Assembly: GCF_963853765.1 (NCBI RefSeq)
Contig: NC_088859.1
Location: 30,008,001-30,072,000 of the forward strand
DNA length: 64,000 nt
Source of the DNA: Magallana gigas
Lineage: Eukaryota
Reading direction: 5' to 3'
The notes under the pieces are model-generated. The model had not been told where the DNA came from and did no database searches. It saw nothing but the letters and a program-made list of their open reading frames with translations. Both the position numbers and the translations under genes were made by a program. Of the stretch, positions 52,901 to 64,000 are shown piece by piece (within the stretch, counting starts at the first letter, position 1; each line of letters begins with the position of its first letter).

Positions 52901-55900
52901 TCATAGATAATTGGGGAAAAAAATATCGGAGACATTAAAAGCGGGATTGTATGGAACGCCAAATTAACATATATTCAAATATTTGTACCTATCTTCAAAT
53001 AATTGTACCCATCTTCAATTCAATTGTACCTATCTTCAATTCAATTGTACCTATCTTCAAATTGAATTAGAGATAGGTACAATTCAATTATACCTATCTT
53101 TAATTCATTTGAAGATAGGTACAATTGATTTGAAGATAGGTACAAATGCAATGAATTGAAGATAGGTACAATTGAATTAAAGATAGGTACAATTGAACCT
53201 ATCTTCAATTACTAAAATATTGGCAATAATGAATACTCCCTGTATAGTACTGCATCAGATGAAGGCGCATCCATTTTGCTGTTGTTGTTTTGTATTCATA
53301 CGCGACGCTTCATTTACATTATTTACATTTTTGATCAATGACACTTCAAAGTTTTTGATTTGAAAATGTTTTATTAAATGATAAGAAATGAAGATAATAA
53401 TTTTTCTGTTGATCGACGTATCAAAGAAAAAATTGACCGGAAAACTTTTTAATCAATGCGATACGTCGATCAATAGAAAAATTATTATCTTCATTTCTTA
53501 AATTAATTGTTTTATGTAGAACGTTTAGACCAAAATACAGTCAGAATGCATGATTTTAATATTTCTTATCTTTATTTTCAAAAATTTCTATAGGCACTTG
53601 ATACCCCATCTAATAGAGGGGTTGTTGGTGCTTCCCTCGTTTCCCTCCATGTTGAAATGTCTTCAAGGGAGCGTTCATTATTTTCAACAATACACAAAAC
53701 GAATTGAACCTAGGTATAATTGAATTGTACCTATCTTCAAATCCTTTGTAGATATGTCTGAATTGAACCTATCTTCAAATCAATTGTACCTATCTTTAAA
53801 TGAATTTTACCTATCTTCAAATGAATTAGAGATAGGTATAATTCAATTGAACCTATCTTTAATTGAATTGAACCTATCTTTAATTGAATTGTAGATAGGT
53901 ATAATTCATTTGTACCTAGGTATAATTATTTAGAGATAGGTATAATTATTTACACCTATCTTCAATTCAATTGTACCTATCTGTAATTCAATTGTACCTA
54001 TCTTCAAATGATTTGAAGATAGGTACAATTAATTGAAGATAGGTACAATTATTTGAAGATAGGTACAAATATTTGAATATATGTTAATTTGGCGTTCCAT
54101 AGGATTGCAGCAAGAAAAGTTTGCAGCTCCCGCACATGAATAAAATTTGGTTTATGGTACAGAAGTCCTTTTGATATATTTTTTCAAAAACCCAGTTACA
54201 TGCACATACAAATGTTATTATTTTTTGTTCCAGTATTTTAGCATAATACTGTGTGAAATATTTTCAAATGTATACTTAACCAAATTTTATTGTCTATATA
54301 AAACTTCTGTAAATGTGATTCCGGTATCTTTGTGGTGGTTTGAGTAGATTGGGGTTGTAATTTGAGATATTCGATTCTTAATTAACGTTTTGGAATATAT
54401 AATCCTTTTGTTCTGTTATAATTATTTTTTTTAAAGACAGCAATATAATTGCAGGTAAATATTACATAAATCATTGATTTAGATACCCAGAGAACAGAGT
54501 TTTAAAAGCCGCATTTTTCTTGCATTAAACACAACAATATATACATAAAATTTATACCTGCTAGTACATTACGTGTAACAGATAATTTTTCATGTATCCT
54601 TATGGCCATGGTGAATTGTTTTATAAATATAACTTGTATATTCTGTTTCTTTAATTTTTACACAGTTGGATATGTAGAGTCCAGCAATGTGGAAGTGGAC
54701 AATAATCTCATTAAATCGGTAAGTTGCTTCATGACTCTAGAAAAATTCCAAACAGATAGCAAAAAAAAAATTCATAAAACTCAAAGACGATGATGTAATT
54801 TTCAATTTGATCAGAACTTTGTTCTTCTTTTTGAATAATTTTACCATCCGAATTTATGAAATGTAAATTTCAGCTCATATATATTGCTTTGATCAGAAAA
54901 GTAAATGTGTTGTTGGGGTATTGCATGCTTTAGATGTGTATGTATATTAATGACTTAACTGATAAATTTAAGGGAAGGGAATCTAGATCATAGAAAAAGT
55001 AAATATTCAGGATTTAGTGCATGTGTGCATTAATTTGCAAATCAAATGACTGGGAAAAAAATCATTAAGTGTTCATGTAGGAAACAAATTTACATTTGTT
55101 GTAAGATTACATTTTGGTAAGTTAGATATGGCATGCCAAATTCACAAAAATAAACTAAACATAGTTTCACTGTTTATCGATTGTACTAAACTTAATTTTA
55201 AGTTTATACATGTGTGAAACTATAGTTGATGACGTTAATGTATCTTTCTTGTCTGTAATTAAAGCATATAGGTAAAAATACGCTATCATTTATGTTTCAG
55301 GAGTGTTTTAGTTTATTATTATAAATATATAGTTTCAAGATTTCTGAACCTATGATGAACAACTCTCAATTATAGTTCACAAATGTAAATTATAGTTTAC
55401 AGATGTGAATCTCTTTTCATCACCAAAATCTATTGTTGAAGTTTATTTACAGACAGAAAAACTTAGATAATTCGTAAACTATAGTTTACAACTGTTATAC
55501 ATGTATATGGTTTTGCAGTTGAAAACTATAGTTACCAAATCATAATAACTATATTTTGTGGTTCATAAACTATAGGTAACAGTTGATAAACCTAGTTTAT
55601 CAACTATGAAACTATGTTTAGCTCATTTTTGTGAATTTGGCGATGCCTTAGTTAGATGTATGTTCCTGATTTGATATTTAATTTCAGGAAAGTCTTGGGC
55701 CCCAAATAAAATTTGTAAAAAATAAATTATATGTTAGAGTGAGTATATGTATTATATAAGAAATAAGTTAATTTAAATTCAACCATAGTATTCATATAGA
55801 TAAATTTACAGGTGTATGAAAAAGTATTGCTTTGATGTAGAAAATCATTTACAGTCATGTCGATTAATTACACTATAGAAGTACCATAAATTACCAGTAT

Positions 55901-58900
55901 AATAGACTTAGGTTTATAAATGTTTATCACTTTCCTTAATTGCTCATATATCTTTGTATATTGACCATTTTAACTTACAGCTAAAGTAATAGCTGGTACT
56001 TACAAATGTAATTAACACAGCTATATTATAGATTTATATTTACTGGTACATTTTTAATGTTTTTACTTTTCAATACACATATCACATGACATTAGAGCAC
56101 CTGAATTAAACACACATTAGGTTCCAATCAGTACATGTTCATGTAATGGCCTGATCGTTCTGTACCAAGAGAATAAGAAAATTAAATCACGCTCAGTTGT
56201 TTATATAATTGTGATGGTCAGACCAGTTCGAATACCGGCGCCAGATAGCTCAGTTGTTAGAGCACCTGACTAGATATACAGGGGGGCCTGGGTTCGAATC
56301 CTGGTCTGATCGGTCATTGTTGCCCCCACCCTGTTACAGTATTAAACCTAAATAATTCTGTATATAAGACGTGCATCTCTTTTATTCGACAGTTGTTATA
56401 ATTGGCTGAGACAATCAGTTTCTTAAATTTATATACATTATGTTTTGATTTAACCTACATGATTTGTTGATGAATAGATTTATGACTAGTATTTACCTCC
56501 ATAATGGTGAATTTGACATGAATTTTTTCCTCTCTAAATAAGACAGTCTGATTTTTTTTTTCTGAGTTAATACGTGTCTCCCTCTTTTACCTGCATGTTA
56601 TCCTTGACTTGTAGAAGGTAAGAGATTATCACTGCTTAGAGGTGTCGTGTTTTCTTTATGACTTCCATCTTGCATGGGAATACATGTATATTGTCATAGC
56701 TTTCTGCTTATGTAGTGCTGGGTGGTAGTTGCCGGGACATCCTTAGATCCTGTGTGCATGTTGGGGCTATATATGATTTAGAATATGTATCTTGTATGAT
56801 ATATAATCAGACTTTTAATCACTGACATTAAAATCAGGCTCTGATTACACGTACCATGAACTGAGAAGAGACTAAAGTCAAAATTTCGATAACTTCCTGT
56901 TTCAAATACCTTCCATATTTAATTTGGTTTGTATTAATTTAAAACAATGAGTTAATTGACCTTTTATTACTGTGGTTTCATCAATATTCGTTGAATACCA
57001 ATTTTCGTGGATTTCGTTGTTAAGTTGATCCATGAAATAAAATGTTCATTGAAGGGCAATTTCTATTAAGATTTTGTATTGATAGGGTCATTGGCCTCGA
57101 ATTTACATATCCTTGAAACTGTGATATTCACTTTATCCACGAAAATTGATACCCTTGAATATTAATGAAACCACAGTATTTACTTTTCATATTGAGAATA
57201 AATTTAATTTTTAGTTTTGTCTTTTGTCTATTCTCAGTTCATGGTCGTATAACCATTTATTTCAAAGGCGGTGGCACTGATTACAGGGAATTTTTTTGCC
57301 CTCTTTTTTTTCTCTCTTTATTCTCCCATAAATTATTGTCAGTGATTTCAAAACAGCTAGGATTTATTTCAATTGTAAGTTACATCTCTTTAAACACAAC
57401 TGTGAAAGGATGAATTTGGATTATTGAATTCAAGTTGGGAGTATGGAGGGGGGGGGGGGGGTCATTTACAAGTGTGATAAAAGAAAGAGTGGCAAAAAGT
57501 AACTCTGCATGTAACACAGCAGTATTTTCAATTGAAACATTGCCATATCATAATGTTGGATTTACCAGAGTAAAATGATACTGTAAATTTGATATCTTAA
57601 GCGAGTAATTCCGCAATTCTACTGTTTTGTATCTTTATTAGCTAGAATATAACCCACTTTTTCATCCAATTGGCAGTGGCTAAATATTCTATTAAGTGAT
57701 GTCTTTAATCATTAATCTCTATGTTCACAGCGACCTCACCTTTCGATTGATAGCTTATAGAGAGCCATAAACAAAAGATAGGTAATTATTTGATTGGTGC
57801 AGAACTTTTGATCAGCCAATGGAAAAGTGGGTTATGTTCTAAGTAAGTTATATCCTATCAAGTAAAATTTATGCGATTATGAAGGGGCTTGGTCGCTTCG
57901 CTCCCTCTGCCCCCTTCTTAATCGCGTAAAGTTTACTTAATGTGATCTAAATATTACATATTAGGATCTATTTCAATTAAACTGCAGTGTCTTCCATTGA
58001 AATAGATGTAGTTTAGTAACTATCATTAATGACAATTATCTTAACTTTTATACTCTTTGTTAATATATGTTCTTCATGTTAATATGTAGAAATCTAACTG
58101 TTCTTCAGTAAATTGTAAAATGAATTGTCATATACATATATTTATACTACATGCTTAAATTTAAACTGCTCCGCCATCAAAGAAATCTATTTGTGGTCAA
58201 ACTCATTTCTATAAACAAATTTTTAGGAAATCAAAATTTGCTTTAGTTTAAGAAATAATTTGTAAAGCTATTTAATGGTACATATATTTTGATTATTAAA
58301 AAGAAATTAGCTACAAAAAAACATATGAAATAGCAGTTTCCTAATATTTTGACAAAAACATGCAATTTAATTATAAGGTAATGTCTATAGAGAGTAAATA
58401 AATATGAAAACTTGACAAACCTGGGGTAGTAAAATTTAGAATTTTCACTACAAGCATGTATTCATATTTGATTTAATTACAGTGTTACTGTATACCCATA
58501 ACACTTAAATTATGATGAGCATTGAGTGTATATATTAGTTTTATTTAATACACTGTGCATCTAAGTGCTTTTTGTACTTCATATGCATTGTATCGAATTC
58601 ACATTTATTTCATCCTTACATCAATTTTTTGGTCTCTCAGTTTCGTCTTTATAGGGATATTTCAAAAAAGGGTTAAAGTCCCAGAGTGTATTGTGACTTT
58701 ACCTAAATAATAGAATAATTTTTTATAAGTAGACGTAATCATATGAAGGTCTTTTTGATTTTTGGTTTCACTGATTTTGAATGTCTAATTCTAATATTAA
58801 AGTGGATTAACACACCTGGAAAAAGTCCCCAAAATTCACAGGAAATTTTTTGATAATGAAAGATATAATGATGATAAACTGTACAAATATCAAATAAGTG

Positions 58901-61900
58901 AACAATTCGCAGTTTGGGGGAAAAAATGAATACATGTATCTAAAATAATTATTCCAGTAAGTATAACAAAAAAAGCCCCTGCGGGATTCAAACTCTGGAT
59001 GTACGGATCACAAGTCCACACTTTATCCACTCGACTATGGAGAAAGTTACATGTTTCAGTCCATAAAATCCTTTTAATAAAACGAAATGTCGCTTCCATC
59101 AGTGGTCAGCCATTTTGTGATGATGTGTTATTCCACCTTAAATTGATTTTCAAAAATACAATACATGGCCACAGTAGTCTATATTTGGTAGAATATTTAG
59201 CTTTTTGTGGGTTTGATCATAAAAATGTTCCAACACATTAAGTTTTTTTAAAGATACTGTAGAATCTTTTCCATTTGATTTGCCTAATGGAAGCATTTAG
59301 GTTAGAAATTAAACACTTAGGACAGGCTGTGTATCCATACTGATAGGTCTGATCAGAAGAACCATCAATGTTTAATGGTTTGAGCCCCTAGCATTATATA
59401 GGTGTAAATTTGAAGTCCTTCTGACACCAGCAGCTATTTGAATACTGTATACAGGGTTATTTTCGCCCCGAGTAATTTTCGCCCTTCTACACTTGCAAAC
59501 AGTTTCGCTCAGCCTTGAATTCACCCAGACAGGCTTTTGTTCAAAGAAAAATAATTGAAGGCATCGGAATTCGCCCAGTCTTAATTTCGCCGCTAACAAC
59601 AAAGGCGAAAATAAACGGGGGCGAATATTTCCCTGCATACAGTATGAACCATAAAACCACAGAAATATATCAAATACCTACGGTAATCATATCTCAATAG
59701 ATATTGCTAGTAATAAACGGAATAATACACTTATACTTCAATTGTTCTTGTGTAGACATTGCATTAAAACACATCAGTACATATTAAACATGTCTTGGGC
59801 ATTTAAGTTTTTGTTTATTATAATTCATTATGTACAAATATAGTTTTGTTTATAGTTCATAACACTCATAATAATTGTATACCAAGAGTATTGTACTAAG
59901 TATTTATGAAGCTTGTGTTTTTGAATGAAATGAGTCTTAATTATTTCTTTATGTGATGATTTCTTTTTGTCAACTACACGGATCAATCTTTTTGATTTAA
60001 TTTATTTGCACAAACTGGGACAATTATAAAAATGAGAGAGACATCAATTCTATTTATGTCTCAAGTTTGAAAACTTTTCACTTTTTTTGCGAAGTATTTT
60101 TGTTGACAAAATAAACCTTATAAATATATGTATTAACTTATTTTCTTATGCACATGTTATTTTCAGGTAATGGCAGGTGATTACATGAATAGTCTACCTC
60201 CCCCACCTCCAGAGTAAGTACTATTAATACATGTATTTTTCTTGGTGACTGTAGATTTGTGTTCCAAATTAAACGCAAGGAATTAATGTACACATAAAAT
60301 CACGGAAAGCACCTCTCATGCAAAATCTCTTTTTTATTTTTTTTAAAGAACTACCAAATAAAAAAAATTATAACAAAAGTTCAGTGCTCTCATTTTTGTA
60401 TTTTTGCGGAATCTTTCAATTAAGTATAGTAGGCTAGCGTTTAATAATGAATCTACAGTATACAACTGAATTTACAGAATTATCCAAGCGATCATTGCAG
60501 AAAAAATTTACATAACACGCTAACACGGGTTATGTATTTTCTCTGCAATGTTGCAACCTTCATATCCTGAATGAATCGTCAAAGAAAGCATTTTATTGTT
60601 TAAGTATACAGTAATACAGATACAGTATATATCCCCTTTTCCTGAATTTTCAATATTTATAATTCAAAAAGACGTTGATCCTCCGAAATTTTTATTTATT
60701 ATAATGAATTATGATTATGAAAAATAATTTTTTAAAGACAAATTTGCTGATTTTCATTACAGGTTTCTAGTGGATGACCAGGAAGAGTATGCTGATGCTG
60801 AGATTGGTGCCGAGGAAGAAGATGGTACGTGTCACTAAGCAGTCTATATATAATGCTTGTACGAATTAAGGCATTTGATAAAAAAGTCTCATGATTGTTA
60901 CTGACCCTATAGTTTCTTTTATTTCATGATTAGAAGAATTTTGTTTTTCTTAATGAATATAGTCAAACTTCGTTATCTCACACTAGATTGGACTGTTTGA
61001 AAACTTTGAGATATCCATGTTATCGAGATATTGAGGGTAAAATACCGAAAAAATTAGTAGTTGGGACTTAACAAATCACTTCCTCATATCCATTGTATTC
61101 GAGATATCGGTGTTTGAGATATCGAAGTTCAACTGTATTCTAATTCTTTTAATTTTCATCAGATCAATAGAGGAGTAATAATCTGTCAAATGCATGTTTA
61201 TGAGATAATCAATTTTTGTTTACCTGCTACTACAGTTAGATTGATTAACACTTGAAAGATACAGGTAGTTACATGCGATGTCCAGATATCGCCATTTGCA
61301 AAAGTTCAATCAACAGCTTGTTTGGAATTACCACCAAGCTGTAATTGTGACAGCGTGACAGGAAAATGGTAACAATTGACTGCATCTTGTTTGACAGTGC
61401 AGTGGTGTCTTTTCTTAGGATGTAGATCAAAGCAATGAAGCATAATAGCTTGTTGTGTGACAGTGCAATCATGTCTGTGAGTGGCGTGTTCCTGTGTAAA
61501 GTTGTGCTGTTCTGATGGCATATTGTATAAAGATATGTTAGCTAGCGTAAAGACATTAAGTTGTTTTATGAGACTTTTTCAAAACTTGCTTAGGGCTTTA
61601 ATTGCAATGGCCCCATTCAGACACCTGTGGTTACATTATAAATGAACAATTTGGTTTATGTTGGAGAGGAAAAAAAAGGGGGGGGGGCCTGAGCAGTCAA
61701 TTCTGTAATTGTTTACGTACCATATTTAAATCACAATCAAGCAATTTATTGTATGCTTAATGTTTCTTTGTGTATCAATTCTTTATATTTTTGTATTTGT
61801 TTGCTTATTAATAGTTTATTGAAAAGGCTACCACTTTTTATATATTTGATGATTTACTGAGAGTAAATGAAGCTGCTCATTTAAGAGGTCCATTTATTAT

Positions 61901-61963
61901 ATGACCTTTGATTTTTATATGATAGTCTTTTTAGATCAATATGAAACTCTTCCATCACCACAG
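30791..61963 (+). CDS. FYB: FYN-binding protein (ADAP/FYB)-like adaptor, 3'-partial, multi-exon
   Basis: Exons 42622-43855, 46934-47084, 47446-47621, 48795-48841, 49669-49724, 50811-50916, 51743-51829, 51968-52136, 54666-54718, 60167-60213, 60763-60824, 61935-61963, all phase-compatible. hSH3 signature GGKNSLEVKKG..LIRLTDNPKGKWLV..GYVESSNVEVD follows a Lys/Glu coiled coil, as in ADAP. The start exon (ATG 30791-30793) is inferred. No stop codon was found in the window. Confidence 0.82.
32535..32790 (+). mobile_element. Truncated copy of the 55.1-kb MITE family
   Basis: GGCACGCCAAATTCACAAAAATGATCTAAACATAGTTTCACAG matches the TIR of 55127-55650. No second end found. Confidence 0.65.
35243..36369. 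mobile_element. Fold-back MITE with 11/22-bp GATATCA repeat arms, 6-bp TSD (IS3EU-like ends)
   Basis: TSD CTTTTG at 35237-35242 and 36370-36375. TIR TATG(A/G)GGCGCCGTTTTAATATTTTTGAGGTATTTTCTGATATCA. Unique core of ~430 bp. Confidence 0.85.
39048..39375 (+). mobile_element. Two tandem degenerate tRNA-derived (SINE-like) heads
   Basis: A-box-like (TAGCTCATTTGGTAGAGC) and B-box-like (GATTCGAATCC, GGTTCAAATCT) motifs with shared tail GGTCTGGTC. Related to the copy at 56238. Confidence 0.6.
39976..40320. mobile_element. Palindrome-ended non-autonomous element (possibly Crypton-like)
   Basis: 65-bp arms 39976-40040 / 40054-40118 around loop GACGCGAAGCGGA. Body ends ..TTAACCAATCAGA..GTATAAC. Family assignment is tentative. 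Confidence 0.5.
40632..40708 (+). repeat. 37-bp tandem duplication
   Basis: ATTCTGGGTATAACTGTGCCTTCATACTGGTCAGTTT x2. Confidence 0.85.
42489..42518. repeat. (CTT)n microsatellite
   Basis: About 10 CTT units. Confidence 0.9.
44785..44985 (+). repeat. Degenerate minisatellite
   Basis: Recurring TTACTATAGTAA(C/T)AG and TTTACTGG(T/A)ACA units. Confidence 0.75.
48106..48283. other. Assembly gap
   Basis: N run in a FYB-like intron. Confidence 0.99.
48372..48715. mobile_element. Helentron/HINE-like fragment(s) with CTGT/CCAT microsatellite
   Basis: GTAGTGATCAGTCTGTCCGTCTGTCCATCC near 48406 and inverted GACGGACAGACAACACTAC near 48695, with TGACCTTGAC repeats between them. Confidence 0.45.
51475..51701. 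mobile_element. Tc1/mariner-type MITE remnant
   Basis: TA|CTGTATAT..ATATACAG|TA ends. Confidence 0.45.
52950..54101. mobile_element. Fold-back MITE with 22-bp TACCTATCTTCAA repeat arms, 6-bp TSD (IS3EU-like ends)
   Basis: TSD GGATTG at 52944-52949 and 54102-54107. Long near-perfect TIR TATGGAACGCCAAATTAACATATATTCAAATATTTGTACCTATCTTCAA. Confidence 0.88.
55127..55650. mobile_element. MITE with ~43-bp TIR, 6-bp TSD (IS3EU-like ends)
   Basis: TSD GTTAGA at 55121-55126 and 55651-55656. TIR TA(T/A)GGCA(T)(C)GCCAAATTCACAAAAAT..CTAAACATAGTTTCA. Internal AACTATAGTT repeats. Confidence 0.8.
56238..56340 (+). mobile_element. tRNA-derived SINE-like unit
   Basis: GGCGCCAGATAGCTCAGTTGTTAGAGCACCTGAC..GGGTTCGAATCCTGGTCTG; A and B boxes present, no closed acceptor stem. 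Confidence 0.65.
56970..57176. mobile_element. Tc1/mariner-type MITE (207 bp)
   Basis: TA|CTGTGGTTTCAT.AATATTC..GAATATTAATGAAACCACAG|TA. Confidence 0.8.
57598..57940. mobile_element. Non-autonomous element with internal inverted repeats (possibly Crypton-like)
   Basis: TAGAATATAACCCACTTTT (~57643) is inverted relative to AAAAGTGGGTTATGTTCTA (~57823). GCTTCGCTC motif near the right end. Confidence 0.4.
58965..59040 (-). mobile_element. Degenerate tRNA-derived SINE-like unit
   Basis: Minus strand reads TAGTCGAGTGG..AGTTTGAATCCCGCAGGGGCTTTTTT (A box, B box, oligo-T). Confidence 0.5.
59445..59642. mobile_element. Tc1/mariner-type MITE (198 bp)
   Basis: TA|CTGTATACAGGG..CCCTGCATACAG|TA with internal TTTCGCCC repeats. 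Confidence 0.8.
60960..61135. mobile_element. Tc1/mariner/pogo-type MITE
   Basis: TA|(T)AGTCAAACTTCGTTATCTC..GAGATATCGAAGTTCAACTG|TA. Confidence 0.7.
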
Positions 61964-64000
61964 GTCAGGGTTACTTCCCTTTTGCTGTGCAAAATGGCAC
62001 AGTTTGGTGAAATATATGATGTATCAGCAATTAATTTAAGTTGCATATCTATCCATTGAATGAATTTTCTGCAAAAGGGCAGTTCCACAATTGTGTAACC
62101 TGGGTTATAGTTTTAAATTATCAAGAGCAGTGTTGAGGTGAAGAAAGTGTTGCTAATTAACTAATAATTAATGTTAAGGTATGTCTGTGTAAAAAAAAAA
62201 TTAGGTGATCGAATGAAAAAAATGTGTTTCTAAATGACTCATATTCAATAGAAAATGTGGAAAAACGTTGCATTTAAACATATAGGAGTTAATTTCTTTT
62301 ATTTCAGACAAATTTAATAAATCCAGGTTGAGGACATTTTCCTGGAGAAAGTAAATTTATTTGTTGTGAACCTCCTCTTTAATTAATATGTCCTTTTAAT
62401 TAATATAAGGTATCTGGATAACTATCATTCACACAATTTTAATTTGAATGCTGTTTGCTAGAAAACTCATTTACTACAGATCTTTGATTAATAAATTGAT
62501 TTGCGAACTTTGTTCTCCAGTATTTTAATTTTTTATAAAAGAATAACAACTTGATATTTCCATTTTTCCCTTTTTACCATGCAGACCTTTTTAATTTCTG
62601 TTGGTTTATCATTATGGTATTAAGGTACCATCATTTCTCCTATTTATAGGTAGCAGTTCCTTCAGGTATTTTTCAACAAAAATGTGAACTGTAAACTGAG
62701 TATGTGTATATGTACATATAGCTATAAAACATATTTCTCCCTAAAATGAATTATTCCCCCTTATTGTGATTTGCACCATACCATATGTTTACATCATGTA
62801 CGTAGCACTGCTATAGTCTATGGTCAGAATAAGTTCTGATATTTCGGAATAAGACACAAATATTATGGTCAATTAACCAAGCCAGATCAATTTTTTTCAA
62901 GGTATTTTTCAAGCTGCAGCTCAGCATATTGTTTTGTACATTTTCTTAAGGAGAAACCTTTTAAATTTAATTAACAATAATTAGAAATGCTGTATTCTTT
63001 TATTTCAATTAACGGTATATAAGGGACAGTTGATATTGAATGTGGACATCCTACTCAATTAAAATATCAATCATATGCAAAACATGTCTGCAATGATTGC
63101 TTATACAAGAAGCAATAGTTAAGAGAAAAGCAATTTGAATTATATAATATTTGATTCACATACATGTTTAAATTTCAAAACCTTCTATGTTTGGCATTTT
63201 AATTTTTTAATGAACATTATAGGGAGAAAACATGCAGTGATATATAATAAAAAAAAATTTCAGATTGGGGGGGGGGGGGGTATGTGCTGTAAACATATCA
63301 CTTTGAAATATGTCAGGGAAACACTTATACCAATGTTTGCATATACCTACAATGTACTACGCCCTTGTTACTTATCAATCCCTTACTACCACTACTGCAT
63401 TCATATTCCCATAATTTCAATTGCTCTTATGACGTTTTAAAGTTGAAATTTTAACGCAAACATAAATGAAAAAAAAATTGTTTTTTATTGATCGGATTGC
63501 ATTATAATAAACATGTACATGCAATGACTCTGCTGCTATGTTACGTCCATAATGTGCATCGCGTATACGATCATGAAATATGGCCAGCAGAGTCGTAGCA
63601 GTTTATAATGCTAATAAGACTGCGTCATAATCCTGGAGCCAGTTCTGACAAATCTTAATTTGTTCCTAAATTTTGGGATATGGCACGATTGTGGCACTAC
63701 AATGTCCTTGATATGTAGATATCTTTATTGATTATTTGTTTTCCATAAACCATAGAATCAAGAATAGAAAGTTTCATGAAGAATTCTGCAACCAAAACTG
63801 AAAAATTGCTTTATCCCCATATTCCTTACCTAATATACCAGTCTGAGTAATATTGCCTTCACAATTTTATCAAATTTATCTAATGATATATATACATATA
63901 CATGCAGTCAACCAATATTGTTAATACAAGCATTTCAATACTACATGCAATTACCAGGTCCACAATATAGCATAGTTTAATTCAGGTTTGTCACATATAT

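Noticed and set aside
39048-59040. Functional tRNA genes at 39.05, 39.29, 56.24 and 58.97 kb
   Set aside because: A/B boxes are present but the cloverleaf stems do not close, and a shared non-tRNA tail indicates a repeat family.

Overview
AT-rich eukaryotic genomic DNA. It is most likely a bivalve mollusc such as an oyster (inferred from ~165-bp satellite-carrying Helentron-type repeats, MITE families and gene content). There are two assembly gaps (8646-8797, 48106-48283). The left half (1-30059, + strand) holds three tandem pancreatic-lipase-family genes. Each has an intact Ser-Asp-His triad, a full-length lid and a PLAT domain; copy 1 is 5'-truncated by the window edge. One intron of copy 1 has grown from ~0.16 kb to 15.1 kb through nested mobile elements. 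From outside in these are: a Helentron-type element; a 13.8-kb TTAA-flanked Sola3-like DNA transposon; a 3.66-kb element with a 5-bp TSD inserted in transposase exon 1; and a 2.26-kb CCC..GGG/TA element. The transposase reconstructs by hand to 14 GT-AG exons and 1078 aa. It is open throughout except for the exon-1 insertion, whose terminal CAT supplies a new in-frame ATG. The right half (~30.8 kb to beyond 64 kb, + strand) is a FYB/ADAP-like adaptor gene. It has a Pro-rich N-terminus with PxWK repeats, acidic pTyr motifs, a coiled coil and an hSH3 domain. It also has a candidate ATG-only first exon behind a RUNX-GATA-ETS motif cluster, and an apparently duplicated three-exon signalling module. 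Its introns carry many MITEs, including three different fold-back families sharing TATGGNNCGCC-type ends and 6-bp TSDs. All exon models and family names come from manual reading and recalled family features; no database search was run.
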